Virus record (IMG/VR): IMGVR_UViG_3300021091_002229
Coordinates: 1,680-65,679 of that record
Direction: 5' to 3' (one strand)
Origin: a virus
Taxonomy: Duplodnaviria; Caudoviricetes
Length of the DNA: 64,000 nucleotides
Shown in pieces: positions 10,375 to 20,605 of this stretch. Below the pieces are notes generated by a model. The model was not told the origin of the DNA and did not search any database. It worked only from the letters and a program-made list of their open reading frames with translations. Within the stretch, counting starts at the first letter, position 1; each line of letters begins with the position of its first letter. The position numbers were made by a program, and so were the translations under genes.

Positions 10375-11819
10375 AAGATATTTTTCTAGTTAACGATTAT
10401 ATATCGCCACATAATGAGTTAGAAAACGGATTGAATTTTGAGTATTTTCAATCTTACATCGATGCGGATTTTGATAAACAATTTAATGTGATATCAAATT
10501 TACAGAGTAAATATTATGATGGAGTTTCGGTTTGGTCGGGTCAAGGTACTATTTTATACGCAGCGACTGGAGAAGTTTCTACATACGATGTTTTTGAAAA
10601 CAATCACAAAACAGATGGCTTGTATTTGTATACAATATCTCCATTTGGTGGTGCTGGGTGTGCGTTCGGAGTAAATGATAGTCTACATCAACACAGGTCA
10701 TTTTTCTTCTTCATTCCAGAAAAAACAAAATATCTACTTAAGAATCTTAATAATTTTTATCTTTTTATAAATTACTCAAATGAAGGTACACTAGATTCAA
10801 ACTTTTTTGAAGTTATTTATAGGGACGCAGAAGAGTTCGGTATTCCGTTTGAAAAAATAATATTTTGTATATCAGATTATGGTATTCAAGAAAACTTTGA
10901 TAATTGGTATGCCGGATATAAGCAACGACCACAGAATCTAGATAAAAATATATCAAAAATTAAGGTGCTGTATCATACATGGTCATTAAAGGATAAGGCC
11001 AAAGAGTTTGTGCGCATATTAAATAATGAACTTACTACATTTAACAATAACAATAATAGATGTAGTGTTGTGAAAAAAGAAGAAGTTACCAAACAAATTG
11101 TAAGACAAAATAAATTCTTAATGTTAAATAGAAGGTTACGTCCTCATAGACTGTACGCCACTTTACTGTTCAATAAACTAAACATATTAAATCAATTTTC
11201 GATATCGTACGATTTGGATAAGCTCGTAGTATTCGATTTTAATGACACAGCCCAATATAAATCTTGTCATTTAGGAAGAGAAATACCATACAGTACTATG
11301 AAACTGGAGTACGATAAGTTAAAAAAAGATAAACCTGTCAGTATTGTAGATTTTAGAGAATTGGATAAAGTTTGGGGATTTAATTTTGAGGAAAAGAAAG
11401 TATATTTGAATTCCTATATACACATCACACCAGAAACTAATTTTTTTGAGAATGGCGGATATTTTTCAGAAAAAACATGGAAACCAATAGGACACTTACA
11501 ACCGTTCATTTTTATGGGTCCAGCCTATGGTCTTAAGGAAATTAGAAAATTAGGATTTAAAACATTTTCTTCTTTTATAGACGAAAGTTATGATGATGAG
11601 GTTGATAACGGAAAGCGATTTGTGATGATAATAAACGAAATAGAAAGGTTATCGAAATTGTCAATAAATGATATTCACGAATGGTATCATTCTATTTTTG
11701 AAGATACTTTGGTGCATAATCAGAATTTATTTTTATCCTATGCAGATGACAAATTAATGAAAGAAGTTTTTACTAAAAATTTATTTGAGGTTTTAAATGT
11801 TAATACCCAATGTAAATAA
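10371..11819 (+). CDS. Putative glycosyltransferase-like protein, paralogue 2 of 5
   Basis: FLMLNRRLRPHR, ITPET..FSEKTWKPI..PFIFMG..GFKTF..IDESYD. Confidence 0.5.
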   Translation: MKDIFLVNDYISPHNELENGLNFEYFQSYIDADFDKQFNVISNLQSKYYDGVSVWSGQGTILYAATGEVSTYDVFENNHKTDGLYLYTISPFGGAGCAFGVNDSLHQHRSFFFFIPEKTKYLLKNLNNFYLFINYSNEGTLDSNFFEVIYRDAEEFGIPFEKIIFCISDYGIQENFDNWYAGYKQRPQNLDKNISKIKVLYHTWSLKDKAKEFVRILNNELTTFNNNNNRCSVVKKEEVTKQIVRQNKFLMLNRRLRPHRLYATLLFNKLNILNQFSISYDLDKLVVFDFNDTAQYKSCHLGREIPYSTMKLEYDKLKKDKPVSIVDFRELDKVWGFNFEEKKVYLNSYIHITPETNFFENGGYFSEKTWKPIGHLQPFIFMGPAYGLKEIRKLGFKTFSSFIDESYDDEVDNGKRFVMIINEIERLSKLSINDIHEWYHSIFEDTLVHNQNLFLSYADDKLMKEVFTKNLFEVLNVNTQCK

Positions 11820-12804
11820 TGAATGGGAACAACTTAAAAAAATAATATTAGGAACTGTAACTAATGCACAAATACCCACTACAAAAGATAGAGGGCTACA
11901 TTGTATAGATTACGCAAATTACACAGACAAGCAATTTGCTAATATTCCTACGGGAAAATATCCGATACAAGTTTTAGAAGAAACACAACAAGATTTGCAA
12001 GAAATTGAAAGAATTTTACAAAGCTTAGGAGTTGAAGTACATAGATCTCCGATAATCACAGGCAATAGACCATTTAATGATTCTTATTATGATTATTGTC
12101 CTCGTGATTCTATGTTAGTTATTAAGGATAAAGTTATTGCCACACCAATGACATTGCGGCAGCGTAGGGATGAAGCTGACAAATACAAAAAATTATTTAC
12201 TCCAGAAAGTTGGGTAGAATTTCCAAAACCGACAGCAGACGATAGCCTATATGATCGTAGTGATTTATCCAGAAGCACATTAATGAACCTTGAACCAGTA
12301 TTTGATGCCGCAAATGTATTGAAAGCAAATGATGATATATTGTATCTGATATCTAACACAGGAAATAAGGCCGGAGCGGAGTATTTACAAAACTGGTTAC
12401 GAGAAAACATATCTGATAGATATAGAGTACATCTTGCAGAAAATATCTACGCCTATATTCATATAGATACTACTTTTGTATTTTTACGAGAAGGATTAGT
12501 ACTGGTAAATCCATCTAGAGTTAATATTTACAATAAACCAGATTTTTTAAGAAGTTGGGATACCCTAAATGCACCCGAACCATATCCTACCCAAGTTATG
12601 TCAGATTGGTGTCCAGCATCACCGTGGTTAGGTATGAATATCCTTTCTATTAATGAAAAGTTGGTTATGGTAGAAGAACATCAAATTATGTTAATGAGAA
12701 TGTTAAAGAAATTTGGTATAGAATCTATACCTGTTAAGTTGAGGCACGCAAGAACTTTAAGTGGCGGTCCTCATTGTATTACATTAGATATTGAAAGAGA
12801 GTAA
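11797..12804 (+). CDS. Amidinotransferase (glycine/inosamine-phosphate amidinotransferase family, StrB1/AGAT-like)
   Basis: NEWEQLKKIILG, YCPRD, FDAAN, HIDTT, C-terminal GGPHCITLD with catalytic Cys. Confidence 0.88.
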   Translation: MLIPNVNNEWEQLKKIILGTVTNAQIPTTKDRGLHCIDYANYTDKQFANIPTGKYPIQVLEETQQDLQEIERILQSLGVEVHRSPIITGNRPFNDSYYDYCPRDSMLVIKDKVIATPMTLRQRRDEADKYKKLFTPESWVEFPKPTADDSLYDRSDLSRSTLMNLEPVFDAANVLKANDDILYLISNTGNKAGAEYLQNWLRENISDRYRVHLAENIYAYIHIDTTFVFLREGLVLVNPSRVNIYNKPDFLRSWDTLNAPEPYPTQVMSDWCPASPWLGMNILSINEKLVMVEEHQIMLMRMLKKFGIESIPVKLRHARTLSGGPHCITLDIERE

Positions 12805-12808
12805 TCCC

Positions 12809-12837
12809 TTGACATATTTACAAAAACGTGTTATAAT
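12809..12837 (+). promoter_or_regulatory. Consensus sigma70 promoter with extended -10
   Basis: TTGACA(12809)-N17-TATAAT(12832) with TG at 12829; AAGGAGG RBS downstream. Confidence 0.88.
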
Positions 12838-12865
12838 TAGTTAACCTTTAAGGAGGGTAAATGTT

Positions 12866-13648
12866 ATGAAGGAATGGAAATACATAACTGAAGAAGAACA
12901 ACAGCAAATGTTGTTTGCATGGCGGTACATTGGTTTCGTAAATTTAGAACTTTTGACCGAAGAAGAAGTAGAAGAAATTAACGAAGAGATGGATACTCTT
13001 CGTTGTGCAAGAACTGGAACCACTTCGCCGGACGGAAAGGTTTGGGGGGAATGGGATCCATTTTCATATCCACACAAGTTATCTCCGAAGTTAGCAAAAC
13101 TTTATTCACATCCAAAAATTCTTGAAGCTTCTGAATTCTTAATGAGGTCGGAAATAATCGGTATGCAAAGCTGGGGATATTTTAAGCCACCCGGACAACT
13201 CGGCCGGGACATGCACCAAAACGCATTCTATACAAAGTGCGGTCCAAACGAAATTATCAACGTGGCTATCGCATTGGATAATCACGATCCAGTAAATGGT
13301 GCAGTATGGAATTATGAGGGGTCACATCTTCTTCCAGTACTTCCGATTGAAATTGACGAAGAACGAACAAAGACCAACCCAGCATTCTGGCACAACGAAC
13401 GTGGTAAGCCTTGTGTAATGCCAGAAGGACACGGATTCCGAAAGATTGAAGGTTTCCAACGAAAGGGAACGATGACTCTTCTGCATTCTCATGTTGTTCA
13501 CGGCTCTGAACCAAATGTATCAAACAGAATGCGCCGTAACTTTATCGGGGGATATTTGAAAAAGGGAGCACCATTTGCTTCTGGAAATCAAATGAAGCGT
13601 GAACCAATCGATATGTACGCAATGCGACAGGAGCATTGGGGGTTTTAA
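12866..13648 (+). CDS. PhyH-family 2OG-Fe(II) dioxygenase
   Basis: FKPPG..MHQN, IALD...NGA..YEGSH, VVHGSEPN.S.R.RR; the usual HQD reads HQN. Confidence 0.8.
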   Translation: MKEWKYITEEEQQQMLFAWRYIGFVNLELLTEEEVEEINEEMDTLRCARTGTTSPDGKVWGEWDPFSYPHKLSPKLAKLYSHPKILEASEFLMRSEIIGMQSWGYFKPPGQLGRDMHQNAFYTKCGPNEIINVAIALDNHDPVNGAVWNYEGSHLLPVLPIEIDEERTKTNPAFWHNERGKPCVMPEGHGFRKIEGFQRKGTMTLLHSHVVHGSEPNVSNRMRRNFIGGYLKKGAPFASGNQMKREPIDMYAMRQEHWGF

Positions 13649-13649
13649 A

Positions 13650-14618
13650 GTGAGAGTCTTATTAACTGGTGGTGCTGGTTATTTAGGTTCTATAATCACC
13701 AACAAGCTACTTAATGACGGATATGCGGTGACTGTGTTAGACTCTTTGGAGTTTAACCAGTTATCGCTGCTCCCGTGCGTTAAAAATAAAAACTTTAATT
13801 TTATTTATGGTGATGCTAGAAATAAAACCATCCTTAAAAAATTAGTAGAATCACACGATGTTGTTATACCTCTTGCAGCTAGAGTAGGATTTCCTGCGTG
13901 TGATGCTGACCCATTGACCGCAACACAACTGAATTATGAACAGATTGTTGATGTTGTCGAGTTTTCGAAGGGTAAAGCTAAGATATTATTTCCCAATACA
14001 AACAGTGGATATGGAGTAGCAGAAGGTGGACAGGTGTGTAAAGAAACCAGTCCACTTAACCCTATTTCTCATTATGGGGTAACCAAAGTAAACGCAGAAC
14101 GATTCTTACTACAGAATAGTGATGCTATATGTTTTAGATTGGCTACGGTGTTTGGTCCATCGCCACGAATGAGAACTGACTTATTGGTAAACGAGTTTGT
14201 ATATAAGGCTATCACCGACAAATATATTGTACTGTTCGAACCACATTTCAAGAGAAATTATATTCATATTGAAGATGTGGCAAACGTATTTTCGTTTATG
14301 TTAGCAAATTATGACACATATAAGAATGAAGTATTTAACGTAGGATTGTCAGATGCCAATTTGTCAAAGTTAGAGCTGGTTAATCTGATTAAGAAATACG
14401 TACCAGATTTCGCTATAAGTGTGTCTGACTATTACGAAGATCCGGATAAGCGAGATTACATCGTATCTAATGAAAAGATTGAAGCAACCGGATGGCGTCC
14501 GCAATATAGTATTGATGATGGTATTATAGAACTTATCAATACGTACAGAATGATTGTCCCCAGAATGTCATCTGAGTTCAGAAACGGATTCCCACTTGGG
14601 TACGCAAACAACCTATAA
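13650..14618 (+). CDS. NAD-dependent epimerase/dehydratase (extended SDR)
   Basis: LTGGAGYLGS, YGVTK (YxxxK), RLATVFG; GTG start at 13650 just after the upstream stop. Confidence 0.9.
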   Translation: MRVLLTGGAGYLGSIITNKLLNDGYAVTVLDSLEFNQLSLLPCVKNKNFNFIYGDARNKTILKKLVESHDVVIPLAARVGFPACDADPLTATQLNYEQIVDVVEFSKGKAKILFPNTNSGYGVAEGGQVCKETSPLNPISHYGVTKVNAERFLLQNSDAICFRLATVFGPSPRMRTDLLVNEFVYKAITDKYIVLFEPHFKRNYIHIEDVANVFSFMLANYDTYKNEVFNVGLSDANLSKLELVNLIKKYVPDFAISVSDYYEDPDKRDYIVSNEKIEATGWRPQYSIDDGIIELINTYRMIVPRMSSEFRNGFPLGYANNL

Positions 14619-14619
14619 T

Positions 14620-15171
14620 ATGAACTACAAATACACTCGTTGGAATGACTTTGAGGTTCGTCCATCAAAAGTATTTGGTGACGAAGTTCCTATGTTTTCT
14701 CCTACATCATATCAAGAATTTCGTGGGGAAATCTGGACTAGCTATCATTCTAAGTTCCATCCGATAAAAGATTATATTAGTTATATGAAAGACCCCGTAG
14801 TACATGATAGACACTCTCGGTCATATAAAGGTGTATTGCGGGGACTGCATTATGACCACAAAACGTGGAAAATGGTCCAGGCGCTAGTAGGCGACATTTA
14901 TTTAGTGGTACTGGATGTTCGTGAAGATTCACTTACATATGGAAAATGGGAATCGTACATAATCTCAGAAGCCAATAAAATGCAAGTGCTTGTTCCGCCG
15001 GGGTTTGCTAATGGTCATTACGCATTAACAGACTGTGTATTTAGTTACAATTTGTTTTATGATGGAGAGTTTGTAGATGTAGATAAACAATCTGTAATCA
15101 AATGGAATGACTCAAAGTTTAATATGGAATGGCCTACGAATAATCCAACATTACAAAAGAGAGATTCTTAA
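14620..15171 (+). CDS. rmlC: dTDP-4-dehydrorhamnose 3,5-epimerase family (RmlC-like)
   Basis: S.KGVLRGLHY, LDVREDS.TYGKW, VPPGFANGH, IKWND...WP. Confidence 0.85.
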   Translation: MNYKYTRWNDFEVRPSKVFGDEVPMFSPTSYQEFRGEIWTSYHSKFHPIKDYISYMKDPVVHDRHSRSYKGVLRGLHYDHKTWKMVQALVGDIYLVVLDVREDSLTYGKWESYIISEANKMQVLVPPGFANGHYALTDCVFSYNLFYDGEFVDVDKQSVIKWNDSKFNMEWPTNNPTLQKRDS

Positions 15172-15804
15172 ATGATTGTCAATCTAGAAAAATATCCTAT
15201 AGTTAGGGATATAAAGCAAACACCAGATGATTTAATATTATTTGAAAATAAGATAATAGAGCATTGGGAAGGTGGAAAAATTCGTGGCCCAATACATCTT
15301 TCGAATGGAAATGAAACTCAGTTAATTGAAATATTTGCAAGAATTAAATCAACTGATTGGGTGTTTTCTACATGGCGTTCACATTATCATGCTTTACTTA
15401 AAGGAATCTCACCAGATTGGATAGAATCTGAAATTCTTCAAGGTAAATCAATTACTCTGTGTAATATAGATGAAAAGTTTTATTCCTCTGCTATTGTAGG
15501 AGGAACGCTCTCTATTGCATTAGGTGTTGCTGCTGGAATTAAGCGTGATGGTGGAAATGAAAAAGTGTGGTGTTTTATTGGAGATATGTCATTCGAAAGT
15601 GGTATATTTTATGAAGTTCACAAGTACGCTAGGAACTTTGGATTGCCTTTATATTTTGTAGTGGAGGACAATCATGTGTCTACGAATACTCCTACGGAAG
15701 CTACATGGAATTATACGCTTCGTGATATTCCAAATGATGTTATTTATTACAACTATAAATCAAAATATCCTCATTATGGCACTGGAAAATGGGTAGTGTT
15801 TTGA
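15172..15804 (+). CDS. ThDP-dependent enzyme, short E1-alpha-like subunit
   Basis: GPIHLSNG.E, STWRSHYHAL, GDMSFESG...VVEDN (GD-x25-N ThDP motif); only 210 aa. Confidence 0.82.
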   Translation: MIVNLEKYPIVRDIKQTPDDLILFENKIIEHWEGGKIRGPIHLSNGNETQLIEIFARIKSTDWVFSTWRSHYHALLKGISPDWIESEILQGKSITLCNIDEKFYSSAIVGGTLSIALGVAAGIKRDGGNEKVWCFIGDMSFESGIFYEVHKYARNFGLPLYFVVEDNHVSTNTPTEATWNYTLRDIPNDVIYYNYKSKYPHYGTGKWVVF

Positions 15805-15808
15805 GTTT

Positions 15809-17008
15809 ATGCGGTATAATTCTGAACAGCACAACTTTAAAAGATTTATAGAAGAGTGGGATACTGACTCCGAGTATGTTTTATTTGGAGCAAGTAAAGA
15901 GTGCGTTCAGTTTATTAGAAGTTTAGATTTGTTGATGGGAGAAGAGACGCTAAAGATAAAGTATATAGTTGACCATAATCTTAAGAGTTCCACGACAGTT
16001 GACAGTATACAAGAAATAAGTTCATTCTATCGGCAGTCCAAGAAAATAGATAACAAACGCAATAACTTAGGGTTAGTTCATATAGATGACTTTAATGATT
16101 CTGAAGCAAAGGTCATTATTACAACTGACGAATTTAGAAACGAGTATAAAAAGTATCTAGAAGAAAGAAACATAAAATCTACTTGGTACAAAAATATAGC
16201 AGCTATTTGGCCGTTTGAACATAAAAACAAAGTACACATATTTCAGACAGACATATTGGTTACGGAACGCTGTAACTTGAATTGTTCTCACTGTAATATG
16301 TTTATACCGCATTATGAAACCCCCACACATAGAGATGCGGATATTATAATAAATGATATTGATTTGTTATTTGCTAAGGTAGATTATGTGAGTATACTTC
16401 ATCTAGTCGGAGGAGAGCCGTTTTTATATCCGAATATAGATGCTGTAATTAAGCATATAGTTAACAATTACATCAGTAGAATAGATAAGTTTATTATCAC
16501 GACAAACGGAACGGTTACACCAAAAGATACTACTATAGAACTGCTACTAAATAATGATGTAATACTAAGCGTCAGTAACTACTCTAATAAACTAGAGAAA
16601 CTTAAGACGAAGGTAACCAAAAATATAGAAAATTATCAGAACAATGACATTACGCATTATGTTAGAAATAACATAGAGTGGTATGATTTTGGTGATTTGA
16701 GAGTAAAGAAAAACCTACCAGAAGATGAGTTAATAAAACATTTCGATAGTTGTACGGCTCCGTTTCGTGGATTAAATAATGGTAGGTTTTACTACTGCCA
16801 CTTAAACACCAGTGCGGTATTAACAAAGCTATTTCCACAAAACGACAACGATTATGTAGATTTGAAAGTTGTATCAAGAGAGGATTTATTAAAGTTTGAC
16901 TTAGGATATACGAATCTTGGATATATTACATTTTGCGATAATTGTAACGGATGTAACACTGGAATAAAAATACCTGTAAGTTATGAAAACCAAGGAATTA
17001 GACAGTGA
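15809..17008 (+). CDS. Radical SAM protein with N-terminal Rossmann-like extension
   Basis: CNLNCSHC, VGGEPF, TTNG; C-terminal C...YYC...CDNC twitch-like cluster. Confidence 0.88.
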   Translation: MRYNSEQHNFKRFIEEWDTDSEYVLFGASKECVQFIRSLDLLMGEETLKIKYIVDHNLKSSTTVDSIQEISSFYRQSKKIDNKRNNLGLVHIDDFNDSEAKVIITTDEFRNEYKKYLEERNIKSTWYKNIAAIWPFEHKNKVHIFQTDILVTERCNLNCSHCNMFIPHYETPTHRDADIIINDIDLLFAKVDYVSILHLVGGEPFLYPNIDAVIKHIVNNYISRIDKFIITTNGTVTPKDTTIELLLNNDVILSVSNYSNKLEKLKTKVTKNIENYQNNDITHYVRNNIEWYDFGDLRVKKNLPEDELIKHFDSCTAPFRGLNNGRFYYCHLNTSAVLTKLFPQNDNDYVDLKVVSREDLLKFDLGYTNLGYITFCDNCNGCNTGIKIPVSYENQGIRQ

Positions 17009-17478
17009 TTGTTATAGTTGATATTGATGGTACGGTTGGTACCCATAAAAAAAGAACTGAGTTGGCTACGGATAGTAATGGGGTGTTTGATTGGGATATC
17101 TTTTATACTCACGAAAATGTGATGTTGGATGAACCGATTTGGCAAACAATTAATAATGTTCGTTGGTATAAAAGTAAAGATTTTAAAATAGTAATGTTTA
17201 CCGCAAGACCAGAATTTGTAAGACATTCTACTGAGGAATGGTTAAATTTATATGGTATACCATTCGATGAATTATATATGCGAAGCGCTGAGGACCATAC
17301 GATACCTGCGGTAGAACTAAAAAAGAAAATGTATGAAGCATTTATTGATAGAGAAGTGTTCTGTGCATTTGACGACAGAGATGAAATAATAGAACTGTGG
17401 GCTTCGTATGGAATACCAACATTTAAAATAGACTATGAAATCGATAGATTACCAAACAAAATTATTATTAAGAACTAA
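17005..17478 (+). CDS. HAD-family phosphatase (similar to the T4 PNK phosphatase domain)
   Basis: DIDGT, FTARP, LYMR, K, FDDR motifs I-IV. Confidence 0.85.
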   Translation: MIVIVDIDGTVGTHKKRTELATDSNGVFDWDIFYTHENVMLDEPIWQTINNVRWYKSKDFKIVMFTARPEFVRHSTEEWLNLYGIPFDELYMRSAEDHTIPAVELKKKMYEAFIDREVFCAFDDRDEIIELWASYGIPTFKIDYEIDRLPNKIIIKN

Positions 17479-18433
17479 GAATTGGCAAACCCCTAGCTCA
17501 TTTGAAGAGTTAGGGTATATCTATTTTGGACCTTTATTGTTTAACTTCTTTGCATGGCTATGTAATAATATAAATGACTCCGATAAGATACTATTTAATT
17601 CACGGGAAGGCTTCTTTCTAGAAAAAATCTATAAAATATTTCAAGTAAAATACAACTTGCCAGATTCGGTTTATTTTAAAACATCAAGAAAAATTGCCTC
17701 AATTTCAGCTTTATTTGATAAACAAGACATCTACAATACATTCCAACTTCATCGATATTCTGGAAGATTATCTAACTTATTAAAAGACAGATTCGGAATC
17801 AATCCTATGATTGACTCCGATTATTTGTTAGATACCTATCAGACAATACCAAACCTAGAAGCGTATATAGAAAATATATTGAACAAATCGATTGGTATAC
17901 GGAACGAGTATGGTAAATATATTACTGATGTAATAGGTAATTCCAAAAATATAATAATGGTAGATAGCGGGTATCAAGGAACAACTCAATATTATATCCA
18001 GAAAGCATATGGGTTGACATTTAATGGAAAATATATTACATTTAAAGGTAACGAGTATCTTAAAAATGTTACGGGGTTTTATGATTTCAGTAAAACAAAG
18101 TTTCAACAGAATATAATATTTTTTGAATCGGTTTTTATTGATAGAGTTGGTTCATTTGTAGATATAAAAGATGGACAATTTATAAATGAACAACTTGAAG
18201 AAAAAACACAATTTTTCCAGCAAAAAGAACAGATAGTAATAGGAATAGGTAAGTTTGTAGAAGATATGTTGGATTGTGGTGTAGACATTGAATCAGCAAC
18301 TTACGAATATTCTGACTATATTTTTGATTTGATGTGTAAAAAAGATTTCATAAAAAATACACAGTTGATTGATATTTTTTATCACGATAACTATTACACA
18401 AGGGATAGTGTGAAAAAAATCATAAGGAATTGA
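17435..18433 (+). CDS. Putative glycan phosphoribosyltransferase-like domain protein
   Basis: LGY..FGP, FNSREG, TSR, MVDSGYQGTTQ (PRPP-loop-like); overlaps the HAD gene. Confidence 0.55.
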   Translation: MKSIDYQTKLLLRTKNWQTPSSFEELGYIYFGPLLFNFFAWLCNNINDSDKILFNSREGFFLEKIYKIFQVKYNLPDSVYFKTSRKIASISALFDKQDIYNTFQLHRYSGRLSNLLKDRFGINPMIDSDYLLDTYQTIPNLEAYIENILNKSIGIRNEYGKYITDVIGNSKNIIMVDSGYQGTTQYYIQKAYGLTFNGKYITFKGNEYLKNVTGFYDFSKTKFQQNIIFFESVFIDRVGSFVDIKDGQFINEQLEEKTQFFQQKEQIVIGIGKFVEDMLDCGVDIESATYEYSDYIFDLMCKKDFIKNTQLIDIFYHDNYYTRDSVKKIIRN

Positions 18434-19647
18434 AAATGATTAATAATTTAAATTTTGTATTTTTGGATGATACACTAAAGACAAATGGCGAGGGAGTATA
18501 TGGTAGAACTGGTCCGCTTATTAATTATTTAGAAAGTAGAAAGTTAAGTTACACTTTAAACGGTGAAATTAAGGCTGGATTTAAAAATATTTTACCTATA
18601 GAGTTAAGCGGTGGTTGGGCAGTTAGAGATGTACCCGATGATATACTAAGATTTATTAGTGAGAGGGATATAAAACTACTGCTAATAAATTTACCCGACC
18701 CTACCCCAAAAACCGGACATATTTTCTCTTTAAATTATTTAAAAGATAAAATAAATTTCGATAAAGTTATTTATATAGACACAAATTTACGATTGCCAAG
18801 CATTTCAACGAGCTATTCTCGTAAAATATACTGGCCAACGCACTCTTGGCCAAAAGTATACGCGTTTAATTATTTTATAGAAGAGGCCACTTGGGATAAA
18901 GAACGATTTTACGGTAGTGAAAATTCTCTTGGATATGTTAGCGAACCAATAGAGTTACATGAACTAAATAATTTTAGAAATAAGAAGTTTATTTGTTTTA
19001 ATAGAAACGCAGCTAGAGCTCATAGATTTATTTTATTAGATGAATTTATAAAAGGAACATTTATCGATTCATATTTTAGTTTCCTTAGACCAATGGATTA
19101 CTTTGAAGAAAACAAACAGTTTTATAAAAAGTATAGTGAAATAGAACTAACCGATGATGATTTGGAGACTTACAATCAAAAATTACCCATAGAATTAGAC
19201 ACACACGCCACTACTCAAAAAGACAGTTTTGATGTGGGAAATACGTTTAAAAAAGATTTGTTTTTAGATAGTTGCATAAACCTGGTTACAGAAACCTCGT
19301 ATATAGATAATGAACTGTTTTTATCGGAAAAGATACTAAAACCTATATTAAGCTACCAGCCGTTTATCGTCTTTGGTCCACACGGATACCTAACCGAGTT
19401 AAAAAAATATGGATTCAAGACATTTTCTGACTTTTGGGATGAAAGTTACGACGATATAATAAATCCAGTACAGCGTATGAAATCGCTAATTTCTTTGGTA
19501 AAATCGTTAAATAACAAATCTATAGAAGAGTTGAATGATATTTATAAGAGTACAGTAGATATTTGTGTATATAATAGAAACTTGTTCTATAGTTTAGAAT
19601 TGGATACTTTAAAAGTTATATTTGAGGATATAAAAAATGAATGGTAA
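18430..19647 (+). CDS. Putative glycosyltransferase-like protein, paralogue 3 of 5
   Basis: FICFNRNAARAHR, LVTET..LSEKILKPI..PFIVFG..GFKTF..WDESYD. Confidence 0.5.
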   Translation: MKMINNLNFVFLDDTLKTNGEGVYGRTGPLINYLESRKLSYTLNGEIKAGFKNILPIELSGGWAVRDVPDDILRFISERDIKLLLINLPDPTPKTGHIFSLNYLKDKINFDKVIYIDTNLRLPSISTSYSRKIYWPTHSWPKVYAFNYFIEEATWDKERFYGSENSLGYVSEPIELHELNNFRNKKFICFNRNAARAHRFILLDEFIKGTFIDSYFSFLRPMDYFEENKQFYKKYSEIELTDDDLETYNQKLPIELDTHATTQKDSFDVGNTFKKDLFLDSCINLVTETSYIDNELFLSEKILKPILSYQPFIVFGPHGYLTELKKYGFKTFSDFWDESYDDIINPVQRMKSLISLVKSLNNKSIEELNDIYKSTVDICVYNRNLFYSLELDTLKVIFEDIKNEW

Positions 19648-20602
19648 AAAGGTTTTGATTACAGGTGCTAACGGTCTTGTTGGCAATTATGCGGTTCAAA
19701 AGTGTATGGAACGAGGTGCTATAGTTACAGCAGTAGATATTGTACCACCATTGAACCAAATTGAAAAGTATAAAGAAAATTATAATTTCATCCAGGCCGA
19801 TTTGCGTGAATTCATGCAGTGCAAGGAAGTTGTTAAAGGCCAAGATATAATATTTCATATCGCCGGAGTAAAGGGTTCCCCCAAGAGGGCGATGGAACAA
19901 CCTGCAGATTACTTCGTCCCAATGTTACAATTTAACACTAATATGATGGAAGCCGCTCGACTGGAAAATGTCGAGTGGTATGTCTTCACGTCTACTGTAG
20001 GTGTATACCAACCCGCAGAAGTATTTATTGAGGACGATGTATGGAAAACCTTCCCATCAGAAAAAGATAAGTATGCTGGTTGGGCTAAGCGACTTGGTGA
20101 ACTTCAAGCAGAAGTATACCAAGTATCCTACAACTGGAATAAGGCATCTATCGTTCGCCCAGCGAATATCTATGGTAGACACGATAATTTCGGTCCAGAA
20201 TCTACTGTCATTGCCTCATTAATTAAAAGATTGTTTGGTGAAAAAGAACACCCACTAGTATGTTGGGGTGATGGTTCACCAATTCGTGACTTCATTTATG
20301 CAGGTGATGTGGCAGACGGTATCATCCAAGCATACGAACAGCGCATCACACAACCAATCAATTTGGGTAGTGGAACTGGAGTGACGATTAAGGAACTCGC
20401 AGAAACTTTAGTTGAACTGTATGAAGAAATGTACGGTGTTAAGGTTGCAATTGAATGGGATCCTACAAAACCAAATGGTGACACTAAGAGACTAATGAGC
20501 ACAGAACGAGCTGAATCTTTTGGAATCAAACAACAGGTATCATTAAAAGAAGGTTTACGGGAAACTATAGATTACTACCTAACACATTTTAAAGGAAACT
20601 AA
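19637..20602 (+). CDS. NDP-sugar epimerase/reductase (GDP-fucose-synthase-like SDR)
   Basis: ITGANGLVG, YAGWAK, RPANIYG, WGDGSPIRDF. Confidence 0.88.
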   Translation: MNGKKVLITGANGLVGNYAVQKCMERGAIVTAVDIVPPLNQIEKYKENYNFIQADLREFMQCKEVVKGQDIIFHIAGVKGSPKRAMEQPADYFVPMLQFNTNMMEAARLENVEWYVFTSTVGVYQPAEVFIEDDVWKTFPSEKDKYAGWAKRLGELQAEVYQVSYNWNKASIVRPANIYGRHDNFGPESTVIASLIKRLFGEKEHPLVCWGDGSPIRDFIYAGDVADGIIQAYEQRITQPINLGSGTGVTIKELAETLVELYEEMYGVKVAIEWDPTKPNGDTKRLMSTERAESFGIKQQVSLKEGLRETIDYYLTHFKGN

Positions 20603-20605
20603 GTT

